Shown piece by piece: positions 38,779 through 46,477 of a stretch of 64,000 bases of DNA (positions are counted from its first letter, which is position 1; every line of letters starts with the position of its first letter). Both the position numbers and the translations under genes were made by a program. The notes below the pieces were generated by a model. The model made no database searches. It worked only from the letters and a program-made list of their open reading frames with translations, and was not told the origin of the DNA. The DNA is from a virus (Duplodnaviria > Caudoviricetes), in IMG/VR virus record IMGVR_UViG_3300028888_000115, positions 11,458 through 75,457 of that record. One strand, given 5' to 3'.

Positions 38779-39807
38779 TTGGAGATTTGTGAGGTGATAG
38801 CTACGAAGAAAGGAAAAGAGGTCCCGGTGATCCGGGACATGACGGAAGAGCAGACAAGGGAAATGTTCTATCGATGCGAGCCAATACTGATCGGATATGG
38901 CGGAAGCATCGCTTACGGGACCAATCTCCCGACCTCGGACGTGGATATTCGCGGGATCTACATGAATCCTCTGGATGAGTTTATCGGATGCCGTCCTGTA
39001 TCGGAGCAGTACTGCCCATCGGGAACGGATATCACAATCTACAGCCTGAAGAAAATGATGCATCTGCTTTTGCAGTGCAATCCGAACGTGATTGAAATTC
39101 TCGGGCTGAGGCCGGAGCACTACCTGTACAAAACCGAAGAAGGCCAGATGTTGGTGGACAACGCGGAAATCTTTCTGTCCAAGCACGCGGCTTACACCTT
39201 CGGAAACTATGCCAAGTCGCAGTTGAACCGCCTGATGAACAAGTCCGGACGGGCAAACGATCAGGTGGTCTCGAACGAGGTCAGGTCAATTTCCAAAACG
39301 CTGAGCTCTATCCGCAAAAGGGAAGGCCTGCAAAACATCCGAATCGACGAGGTGGACGGCGTGCCGGTTCTGACCATCAATGAGTCCATGCCGATTGACA
39401 AGTTTGCCAGCATAACCAACGAGATCAACAATGTCCACTTGGACTACAAGTCCAGTTCCCGCAACCGCAAGGCCGTGGAGCACAGCAAACTGGCAAAGCA
39501 CATGATGCATCTGCTGCGTCTGTACATGATGGGCATTGACATCTTGGAATCCCACAAGATCGTCACATATCGCGAGGCGGAGCACGACCTTCTCATGGAC
39601 ATCCGCAACGGGAAGTACCTGAAAGAAGACAAGACCACGCCGACTGCTGAGTTCGACGAGCTTCTGGCGGATTACACGGCGCGGTTTGAAAAGGCGGTGG
39701 AGGAGACGACGCTTCCAAAGCGACCGGACACGGATAAGGCCAATGAACTGATGATGCGGCTTGTCCGCATGCACTATGACGGACTGTCAGGAGGAACGAC
39801 ACGATGA
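38779..39807 (+). CDS. RlaP-like (Pol-beta superfamily) nucleotidyltransferase
   Basis: GGSIAYGTNLPTSDVDIRG, NPNVIEIL, KHMMHLLRL; start uncertain. Confidence 0.85.
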   Translation: MEICEVIATKKGKEVPVIRDMTEEQTREMFYRCEPILIGYGGSIAYGTNLPTSDVDIRGIYMNPLDEFIGCRPVSEQYCPSGTDITIYSLKKMMHLLLQCNPNVIEILGLRPEHYLYKTEEGQMLVDNAEIFLSKHAAYTFGNYAKSQLNRLMNKSGRANDQVVSNEVRSISKTLSSIRKREGLQNIRIDEVDGVPVLTINESMPIDKFASITNEINNVHLDYKSSSRNRKAVEHSKLAKHMMHLLRLYMMGIDILESHKIVTYREAEHDLLMDIRNGKYLKEDKTTPTAEFDELLADYTARFEKAVEETTLPKRPDTDKANELMMRLVRMHYDGLSGGTTR

Positions 39808-40445
39808 CGGATATTGATAAGTTGAAAGAAGAATACAAGAATGTCAGAGCCGTGTTCGGAGCTTTCAAGTGCCGTTTGGACGCGGCAATTCAGAAAGCGG
39901 AGTGTATCGCCAACGCGGAAGAAATCGCCTACCAGAAAGGATATGAAAGCGGCAAAGCTGAGGCAGAAATCCAATTGCTCAATGAAAACGGCGAATGGGC
40001 CAAAAAGCTGAAGCAGACAGCCTATCAGAAAGGCACCCGGGACGGAAACGTCGAAGGCGCTCTGGCGGCGTGGGATATTGCCACGATCATCGTGACGCCG
40101 GAGGAAGACGGCGGCACCATTCCGACAAAGGACCTGAGAGAACTGTTCGACGTCGAATGTGACTATGAGGTTTTCAAACGGTATACTCCGAGCGAGGCTC
40201 TGGCAAAGCTTCAGGAGTACGACAAACAGATCCGGGTCGGAGATGAGGTCATTGCGGAAGGTGACGCAAAGTATATTGTCACGCAGATCAAGAACAATGA
40301 CGGATGCAAAACATACTCCGGCATCAATTCCGATGGAGAGACGTTCTGCTATTTTGAGACGGACGGCGTAACCAAGACAGGAAAACACGTGGATCTCTCC
40401 AAAATGTTTTCTTCCATCCGGGAGGAATCAGAAAAGAATGAATGA
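39804..40445 (+). CDS. hypothetical protein
   Basis: AYQKG repeats; IRVGDEV. Confidence 0.7.
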   Translation: MTDIDKLKEEYKNVRAVFGAFKCRLDAAIQKAECIANAEEIAYQKGYESGKAEAEIQLLNENGEWAKKLKQTAYQKGTRDGNVEGALAAWDIATIIVTPEEDGGTIPTKDLRELFDVECDYEVFKRYTPSEALAKLQEYDKQIRVGDEVIAEGDAKYIVTQIKNNDGCKTYSGINSDGETFCYFETDGVTKTGKHVDLSKMFSSIREESEKNE

Positions 40446-41364
40446 GAATTACCGGAATCTGTTTCGCGCGATTTCGGCGAACGACCTTCCCAAAACAAGG
40501 GCCTATGCTCAGGTAATTCTCCGGACTAACAGCACGGCAAAAGACGCCCAGTTCTGCGAAAATATTTTGCAGAAGATGGATGATCAGGATAAGGCTGGAC
40601 CGGAGATCCCGTATAACCTGAAGGGGGTTATTCGGACCAGCAGTTCGCCGTTCGGATTTCATGCGGACAGGTATTACCTTTCGCCGCGCGAGAAAACGGT
40701 CATCGAACACATCAAGAAGATGTATCAGGTGTCCGGGAAGCTCGCTGAGCTTGGGATCAGATACACCAACGCGGTTCTCCTGCACGGAGAATCCGGAACC
40801 GGTAAGACTACCTTCGCGCAGTACGCTGCAATCTTGCTTGGGCTTCCGTTCTTCTATGTGAGCATCACACAACTGATCGACTCCTACATGGGCAAGACGG
40901 GTCAGAACTTGGAGAATGTCTTCGAGTTCGCCAACTCGCAGCCGTGTGTCCTCGTCCTGGACGAGATTGATCAGATCGGCTCCAAAAGACGGGATGACGG
41001 CGGTGTATCCGGAGAGATAAAGCGCGTGCTCATTACGATTTTGCAGAACATGGACAGACTCCCGAATCATGTTGTTCTGGTCGCCGCGACAAACCGCCCG
41101 GACTCATTGGATGATGCTCTTGTTCGCCGCTTTGCGGTCAAGCACGAAATCACCCGCCTGAATTTGGAAGAAAGCGAGGCTTTTGTCAGTCGGTATATGT
41201 CAAGTCTCGGCTTGGGATGGGCAGGCTCCGTCAGAGCGTTCCTTTTGTCTTTGGGTGCAGACAAATGGAACTACACACCGGCTGAGCTTTCCCAGCATTT
41301 AAATGAAAAGATTGCCGAGGCGATCTACACGGGCGAGCAGGACCCGACGATTTATCTGAATTGA
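40438..41364 (+). CDS. AAA+ ATPase
   Basis: GESGTGKT, VLDEID, AATNRPDSLDDALVRRF. Confidence 0.92.
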   Translation: MNENYRNLFRAISANDLPKTRAYAQVILRTNSTAKDAQFCENILQKMDDQDKAGPEIPYNLKGVIRTSSSPFGFHADRYYLSPREKTVIEHIKKMYQVSGKLAELGIRYTNAVLLHGESGTGKTTFAQYAAILLGLPFFYVSITQLIDSYMGKTGQNLENVFEFANSQPCVLVLDEIDQIGSKRRDDGGVSGEIKRVLITILQNMDRLPNHVVLVAATNRPDSLDDALVRRFAVKHEITRLNLEESEAFVSRYMSSLGLGWAGSVRAFLLSLGADKWNYTPAELSQHLNEKIAEAIYTGEQDPTIYLN

Positions 41365-41377
41365 GGAGGACGGACAG

Positions 41378-41653
41378 ATGAGGCGAAAGATTGCCAAGCG
41401 TCTGAAGAGGGAAATCGTCAAAATGGGGGCCGTCATCCAAAAAGACGGTTGGGATGTTCCGAGGAAAAGCGTCCCGAGAAAAGAGAACGGCTACATCTTC
41501 AAAGTCATGTATCGGGGCTGGTCCATATTTGCAGCCGGTGAAGATGAACTGGAATCCTTCAGAATGGTCCTGGACGTCATGAAAAACGACTGCGAAGAGA
41601 TTTTTGTTCGCGAAAATAAAACCGATGGAGGAAAACAAGATGACCAAAGTTGA
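41378..41653 (+). CDS. hypothetical protein
   Basis: GGAGG RBS. Confidence 0.7.
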   Translation: MRRKIAKRLKREIVKMGAVIQKDGWDVPRKSVPRKENGYIFKVMYRGWSIFAAGEDELESFRMVLDVMKNDCEEIFVRENKTDGGKQDDQS

Positions 41654-41924
41654 GCAGCATGCTAAGGTCTGCAAGGAACTGAATGAGCTTTACAGCAGAA
41701 AGAATTCTGATTACGGAGATTCTTTCGGCAAGAGCTATGAGGAGTTTGGCCCGGTTATGGCGGCAATCCGGATGGGCGACAAGCTCAATCGATACAAGGC
41801 TCTGATCAAGGGGCGTCAGCAAGTCAATGACGAAAGCGTCAGGGACACCCTGATTGATCTTGCCAACTATGCTGTCATGACGGTTGTGGAGATGGATCTG
41901 CAAGCGAAGGGCGGCGAAACATGA
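41640..41924 (+). CDS. DUF1599 / nucleotide-modification-associated domain 1 protein
   Basis: KNSDYGDSF...IRMGDKLNR...ESVRDTLIDLANYAVM. Confidence 0.8.
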   Translation: MTKVEQHAKVCKELNELYSRKNSDYGDSFGKSYEEFGPVMAAIRMGDKLNRYKALIKGRQQVNDESVRDTLIDLANYAVMTVVEMDLQAKGGET

Positions 41925-42349
41925 CCGAAACAGAGACCAGCCGAGATCCGGTCGTCGGACGCCTTGACAAAGCCACACTCGATACATTGAGAATGGTGTA
42001 CAAAAAAGGCACCAAAGTGGTAGCAATCAAGGTCTTTGGGTTTCCTTCCGGGAAGATCGGATACGTGAAAGAGGTCCTTCCAAACGGAAACATCAAACTC
42101 CGGTGGGAGTCCGGCGAGGACACCGAGATCATATATGGGAAAGAAAGCATCCGGGAATTCACTGCCGGAAAGTGCATCTTGAAACGAGACAAGGAAGAGG
42201 CGGAAGGCGGCTGCGATGACTTCGTGTGCGAGCGCTGCGGATGGAACATCGATGTCGCCGAAGCACGTCTCCAAAGAATCCGAAACGATGAGATGCACAG
42301 AAACCCGGACGGCACAAAAAGCCTCAGAGTCCAGAGCGCGAGAGTGTGA
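41921..42349 (+). CDS. DUF4314-like protein
   Basis: LRMVYKKGTKV...G.V..V...G.I...W.SG...II.G.E. Confidence 0.55.
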   Translation: MTETETSRDPVVGRLDKATLDTLRMVYKKGTKVVAIKVFGFPSGKIGYVKEVLPNGNIKLRWESGEDTEIIYGKESIREFTAGKCILKRDKEEAEGGCDDFVCERCGWNIDVAEARLQRIRNDEMHRNPDGTKSLRVQSARV

Positions 42350-42357
42350 TTTTGGGG

Positions 42358-42386
42358 TTGACGTATGTCTAATTTTAGTGTATAAT
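42358..42386 (+). promoter_or_regulatory. sigmaA promoter with operator in spacer
   Basis: TTGACG-17-TATAAT; ATGTCTAATTTTAGTGTA 42365-42382. Confidence 0.75.
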
Positions 42387-42432
42387 TCAAACATAACCGA
42401 AAAGCATTTGATGAAAGCCACACAGTTCACTC

Positions 42433-42490
42433 TTTGTTCATGAAAGTGACACCTTGCCGTGTTAAAATGACTATGATGGAGAAAGTGTAG
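42433..42490 (+). promoter_or_regulatory. 58-bp conserved element (putative late promoter), copy 1
   Basis: Near-identical to 62221-62278; first 21 nt identical. Confidence 0.7.
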
Positions 42491-42512
42491 ATACACTCCG
42501 AGATAGTAATTG

Positions 42513-42547
42513 AACGCGGCTGAGAGAAGCCGCGTTTTCCTTTTTTT
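42513..42547 (+). terminator. leader terminator-like hairpin
   Basis: AACGCGGCT/AGCCGCGTT followed by T-tract. Confidence 0.7.
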
Positions 42548-42559
42548 GAGGTGAGCGCG

Positions 42560-43258
42560 ATGATTGACAAAAGAGCGATCCGAAGGTATCATAAACGGGT
42601 AGATGCGAGACTTGCAGCGAGAGGCAAACGGTTCGACGGGAACCGGTGGGAAGAAGACAAACACCCGAGAGCGAAGGACGGAAAGTTCGCCTCCGGGAAC
42701 GGCGGACCATCAAGGCAGAGCGAAAGCAAGCCAGCGGCGAATGCGGCAGGCTCGGCAAAGCCAGTTGCAAAATCGAGGATCGAGCTTGACGGACCGTCCG
42801 GAAGCAAGGGCTTTGCTGACAAGTACATGGCGTCGCATCCCGATGTCGCAAAGGAGGCCTCGAAATACAGGGGTGTCCTGAACAAGGTGAAAACCTTCAA
42901 GGCGGACGAGGACGGAACCTTCAGCGCAACAACCGGAGAAAGGCTTGACCTGACCGAAGGGTTCTGCGTTACCTTCCACCAAAACCTGAAGATCGGCGAC
43001 GAGTACGGCGCTTATGATGACGACACGTATTCCAAGATGTGTGCCATTACGAAGCACGAACTCAAGTCCAGCGATGTCTACATCGGCTATTACGGGAATC
43101 CGGAAGTTTCGTTCAATTGCCCGGATGAGAAAACGGCGATGGACTTTGCGATCAAGCATAACCAGAAGTCGATTTACAACTGCAAGACCGGAAAGACCAT
43201 TCTGAATAAGCACTACAATCCGGAGACAAATCCGATAGAGGGCGATAACGATGGCTAA
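42560..43258 (+). CDS. putative capsid-cargo protein 1; HPRxxxGKF motif; C-terminal SAM-lyase-like domain (tentative)
   Basis: AIRRYHKRVDARLAARGKRFDG leader; WEEDKHPRAKDGKF; IGYYGNPEVSF...AMDFAIKHNQKSIY. Confidence 0.6.
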   Translation: MIDKRAIRRYHKRVDARLAARGKRFDGNRWEEDKHPRAKDGKFASGNGGPSRQSESKPAANAAGSAKPVAKSRIELDGPSGSKGFADKYMASHPDVAKEASKYRGVLNKVKTFKADEDGTFSATTGERLDLTEGFCVTFHQNLKIGDEYGAYDDDTYSKMCAITKHELKSSDVYIGYYGNPEVSFNCPDEKTAMDFAIKHNQKSIYNCKTGKTILNKHYNPETNPIEGDNDG

Positions 43259-43550
43259 GATCGATATTGGAAAACTGAATGAATCCGTTTCATCCTTTGT
43301 GGAAAACCCGCATTGGAAGAAGTATCTGGAAGAAGCTCCGTCCGGCGAGTGCAAGGCGTACATCAAACTGAACTTCTATCTCAGCGACATCGAATCAGAT
43401 GGCCCGGAGAAAGACGCGGTGATCGACAAGATGAACGCCTACGAGGATAAGCTTGGCCTTGCAGACTGGAAGCACCTGCTGAAATACGCAGGGAACAATC
43501 CCTTCGCCGGTAAGTGCAAGAAGCGGATTGCAGAGCTCTCAGAACAATAA
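43251..43550 (+). CDS. small protein, putative immunity partner
   Basis: Overlaps stop of cargo 1; NPHWKKYLEEAPS. Confidence 0.6.
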   Translation: MAKIDIGKLNESVSSFVENPHWKKYLEEAPSGECKAYIKLNFYLSDIESDGPEKDAVIDKMNAYEDKLGLADWKHLLKYAGNNPFAGKCKKRIAELSEQ

Positions 43551-43599
43551 ACGATACGGGTTGGTAAACCCCGGCATAAAAACCGAAAGCTTCCAATAT

Positions 43600-43675
43600 T
43601 GCGGCGTGGTAGCAGTGGTAGCTCGCTGCCCTCATAAGGCAGAGGTCGTTGGTTCGAATCCAACCGCCGTAACCA
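43600..43675 (+). tRNA. tRNA(CAT) (Met or Ile2)
   Basis: CTGCC-CTCATAA-GGCAG; lacks the initiator GGG/CCC pairs; CCA. Confidence 0.9.
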
Positions 43676-43826
43676 AAGGTCGGGTAGCTCCCGAATGATC
43701 TCAGTAGCTTGTCGGTGTGCCTGAGAGAGAATAACAAAGGCCTTTCTGAAAACTCCTTGCGCGTGAACGGTCGTGCGCAGGCTGGGGCGCGAGTGAGATA
43801 ATCTAAGAAGGGAAACCGCACAATAC

Positions 43827-43903
43827 AGCCCTGTGGTGCAGTTGGTGAACACGTCGGCCTGTCACGCCGAAGATCGCGGGTTCAAGTCCCGTCAGGGTTG
43901 CCA
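43827..43903 (+). tRNA. tRNA-Asp(GTC)
   Basis: Cloverleaf, G73, CCA. Confidence 0.93.
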
Positions 43904-44097
43904 ATACGTCTCATCTGAGCGTGGCACAACACAGCCTGTTGACGCAAGGGCTGCACGGGCGAAATCAGATGCCGGGGCGGGGTTACATCCCACGGAGCGT
44001 CACCGTGCTCGCAGAAACGGACTCGGTATGTCCCAAACCATCGTGAGAGTATACCTTGGATGGCACAAAGCGTTTAGAAGTGCCCGATCAGCCTTCT

Positions 44098-44182
44098 GCG
44101 CGTATCCCGGACGGTCCGGGACCAAGGACTGTGAAGAGCGTGTTCGATTCCGCGAACTCGAAGGTTCGACTCCTGACAGTGC
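44098..44182 (+). ncRNA. degenerate tRNA-like element containing CTGTGAA (His-type loop)
   Basis: 6-bp D-like hairpin, V-like hairpin, AGG-TTCGACT-CCT T-arm; no anticodon stem, no CCA. Confidence 0.35.
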
Positions 44183-44209
44183 TGGTGCAATATCAGTCCT
44201 TTTTCATAC

Positions 44210-44298
44210 GCGGAATGATGCCGTCCGGCGACGGCTGCGGCCTTGAAAACCGTGGGTAGCAGAGATGCTATGGGGGTCGGCACCTCCGTTCCGCGCCA
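44210..44298 (+). tRNA. tRNA-Ser(TGA), non-canonical 8/4 fold
   Basis: 8-bp acceptor GCGGAATG/CGTTCCGC; D-stem GCCGTC/GACGGC with CGGC loop; T-arm GGGG-GTCGGCA-CCTC; G73, CCA. Confidence 0.85.
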
Positions 44299-44301
44299 GA
44301 T

Positions 44302-44391
44302 GCAGTGTTGCCAGAGCGGTAATGGGCCCGCTTGGAAAGCGGAAGCCAGGTTGAGAAGCCTGCGAAGGTTCGATCCCTTCACGCTGCGCCA
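44302..44391 (+). tRNA. tRNA-Ser(GGA)
   Basis: Canonical class II cloverleaf, CCA. Confidence 0.92.
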
Positions 44392-44394
44392 GAT

Positions 44395-44484
44395 GCTTCG
44401 TTATGCCGGACGGCTCCGGTCCTTGCCTCGAAAGCAGAGGGTGCCCGATGAGGGCATGGGGGTCGGCACCTCAGCGAAGCGCCA
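44395..44484 (+). tRNA. tRNA-Ser(CGA), non-canonical 8/4 fold
   Basis: 8-bp acceptor GCTTCGTT/AGCGAAGC; D-stem GCCGGA/TCCGGT with CGGC loop; same T-arm; CCA. Confidence 0.85.
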
Positions 44485-44487
44485 CAT

Positions 44488-44562
44488 AGAGCTGTCGTCT
44501 AAGGGTAAGACACGAGGCTTTGACCCTCGTATGTGAAAGTTCGAGTCTTTCCGGCTCCGCCA
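44488..44562 (+). tRNA. tRNA-Gln(TTG)
   Basis: CGAGG-CTTTGAC-CCTCG; CCA. Confidence 0.92.
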
Positions 44563-44566
44563 GTAT

Positions 44567-44652
44567 GGAAGAGTGGCCGAGTTGGTCAATGGCGGCGGAC
44601 TGTAAATCCGTTGGCACTGCCTACACAGGTTCGAATCCTGTCTCTTCCACCA
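44567..44652 (+). tRNA. tRNA-Tyr(GTA)
   Basis: GCGGA-CTGTAAA-TCCGT; variable arm; CCA. Confidence 0.93.
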
Positions 44653-44655
44653 CAA

Positions 44656-44732
44656 GGTCCCATCGACTAACAGGCAAGGTCACCAGCCTTTCACGCTGGC
44701 AATGCTCGGTTCAAATCCGGCTGGGATCACCA
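44656..44732 (+). tRNA. tRNA-Glu(TTC)
   Basis: CCAGC-CTTTCAC-GCTGG; CCA. Confidence 0.92.
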
Positions 44733-44735
44733 CAT

Positions 44736-44811
44736 GGGGTCGTAGCTCAGCTGGGAGAGCGCCTGCCTTGCAAGCAGGAGGCAGAGGGTCCGAGCCCCTC
44801 CGATTCCACCA
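44736..44811 (+). tRNA. tRNA-Ala(TGC)
   Basis: G3:U70; CCTGC-CTTGCAA-GCAGG; CCA. Confidence 0.92.
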
Positions 44812-44814
44812 CAA

Positions 44815-44891
44815 GGTCTCTTCGTCTAAAAGGATAGGACGCAAGCCTCTCAAGCTTGTAATGCTGAGTTCAAGTCTCGCAGAGATCACCA
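44815..44891 (+). tRNA. tRNA-Glu(CTC)
   Basis: CAAGC-CTCTCAA-GCTTG; CCA. Confidence 0.92.
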
Positions 44892-45013
44892 GCACATCTG
44901 ACCGCCGAGGACGCGTACTCGGGAGATACCCGCAGATAGACGGAGAAGAAGCGGGGCTGAGCGGCACGGTGCAGACCCGACACCCGCAGGGTCCATGCCG
45001 CAAGCGGGTATAT

Positions 45014-45090
45014 GGCTCATTAGCTCAGTTGGTTAGAGCGCATGGCTGTTAACCATGATGTCGAAAGTTCGAGTCTTTCATGAGCCTCCA
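45014..45090 (+). tRNA. tRNA-Asn(GTT)
   Basis: CATGG-CTGTTAA-CCATG; U73; CCA. Confidence 0.92.
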
Positions 45091-45387
45091 CCAAGTGGCT
45101 GTGCTGCAGTGTTTGCATCGAAGCACCTCCTTTCGTAAATCCACACGTCTGCTGGCCGTGCTTGCGCTACGGTTGTTGGATGAAACAAAGCAGAGCCGTG
45201 AACCGGAACAACGTGCGTACTGGGAACGCACGCCGGGAAATCGGCACAATACAGAACTGTTGGCTTTGATTCCTGACTTGTACCGAAGGCTTCGGTCCCA
45301 CCGAGGCGATTGATGTAGGTAGCATCTGGGGCTCATGAAAGCCGCAGGCCCGATTAAAGCTCCGCGAGACGGGCTATCGGGCAATAC

Positions 45388-45462
45388 AGGTTGGTGGTGT
45401 AATGGCAACATGCCGGTCTCCAAAACCGTGCGATCAGGGTTCGAGTCCTTGCCTTCCTGCCA
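45388..45462 (+). tRNA. tRNA-Trp(CCA)
   Basis: CCGGT-CTCCAAA-ACCGT; G73; CCA. Confidence 0.9.
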
Positions 45463-45473
45463 AAAAAGAATAC

Positions 45474-45562
45474 GGAGCGTTGGCCGAGTTGGTAAGGCAC
45501 CGGATTGCTAATCCGTGGTTAGGGGTAACTCTACGAATGTTCGAGTCATTCACGTTCCGCCA
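45474..45562 (+). tRNA. tRNA-Ser(GCT)
   Basis: CCGGA-TTGCTAA-TCCGT; variable arm; CCA. Confidence 0.92.
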
Positions 45563-45985
45563 TTTCCGGGTAGCTGCCGGATGATGTCAGAGCAGATGCA
45601 CCAGAGGCCTGACAGAGAATATGAATGGTAGACCGACCAAAGCGGGGCGGAAGCCCTGCACAAGGCCTATGGCGGTACTACAAGTGAGGGCAACGTCGAA
45701 GGAACGCGACTGATTTGTGCGGGATGGCAAACCCACAAAAAAGAACAAACACGCCCCGCTGCGGGTGACAGCACCAAAGGAAGCTGAGACGTCCGGTTTC
45801 CGGGTCTATCACTTAAAGCGGGGAATAGGCCGAATAAAACAGGAACTTGGCCGTAGGGCAGTGAAAGTGCGAATGCGTTGTAGCTGGCTGATGATGGCAG
45901 ACAGAGCAAACGGCTGTAACGACAGGACGTGAGAATTAGCCGTCTACTGAAAGGGAAAGAAATCCCATCAAAGCTGTTTGCTCAC
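45563..45985 (+). ncRNA. large structured ncRNA, GOLLD-like (tentative)
   Basis: About 420 nt directly 3' of a tRNA, no credible gene; segments GCGGGT..CCAAAGGA, GTAGGG..GTGAAAG and terminal GGG..AATCCC..AAAGC resemble the GOLLD 3' domain as I recall it. Confidence 0.45.
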
Positions 45986-46052
45986 AATTCTATATCGGAT
46001 ACCGTCATGCCGAAAGGTGTGGCGGTATCTTTGCTTTGGGGAGAGAGCAGAA

Positions 46053-46301
46053 ATGAGTAAGTCGAAGGATATTCGCACGCTCTGCGCCTCCTGCAGAGCA
46101 GAATACGAGGAAGCCGGATTTGAACTGATCAAAGTCTGGGTGAAAAACAAAGAGGAATGTGACTGGTGCCGCGTGAGACTGGGGTGGACCTATGAAATAC
46201 GCGGAAAGAGACAACATCTTCGTAGCTCAGATGGCAAGAGCGCTGAATACTCCCAATTCAGGGGTCGCGAGTTCAAGTCTCGCCGAAGATGGACGCGATA
46301 G
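46053..46301 (+). CDS. small zinc-binding protein
   Basis: LCASC...CDWC; 3' end overlaps the tRNA-like element. Confidence 0.55.
   Translation: MSKSKDIRTLCASCRAEYEEAGFELIKVWVKNKEECDWCRVRLGWTYEIRGKRQHLRSSDGKSAEYSQFRGREFKSRRRWTR
46216..46291 (+). tRNA. tRNA-like element with 9-nt anticodon loop (TACTCCCAA), no CCA
   Basis: ATCTTCG/CGAAGAT acceptor; normal D and T arms; CTGAA/TTCAG stem. Confidence 0.65.
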
Positions 46302-46436
46302 GCCGCAGTTTGCGGATTTTCTGCGGCGCTTTCATGTTAGTCGCTCCTCCGCCCCACGATTGCTGGCTGCTGCTTGGGAAGTAACAGTCGCGGGCAAACA
46401 AGCAATGCCGGTGGAAATCCGGCCTATTGACGAACC

Positions 46437-46468
46437 TACAGCCTGCGGAAACGCGGGCTTTTTCTTTT
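46437..46468 (+). terminator. intrinsic terminator-like hairpin
   Basis: AGCCTGCG-GAAA-CGCGGGCT then TTTTCTTTT. Confidence 0.65.
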
Positions 46469-46477
46469 GGAGGAACT

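Noticed and set aside
44040-44200. tmRNA or an intron-containing tRNA-His
   Set aside because: No G3:U70 Ala acceptor with CCA and no tag ORF; no 3' exon restores an anticodon stem.
45240-45390. Hammerhead or other self-cleaving ribozyme in the spacer
   Set aside because: No CUGANGA...GAAA core with compatible stems could be built by eye.
43833-45932. ORFs predicted across the tRNA array
   Set aside because: They overlap clear tRNA cloverleaves and lack RBS or protein-like composition.
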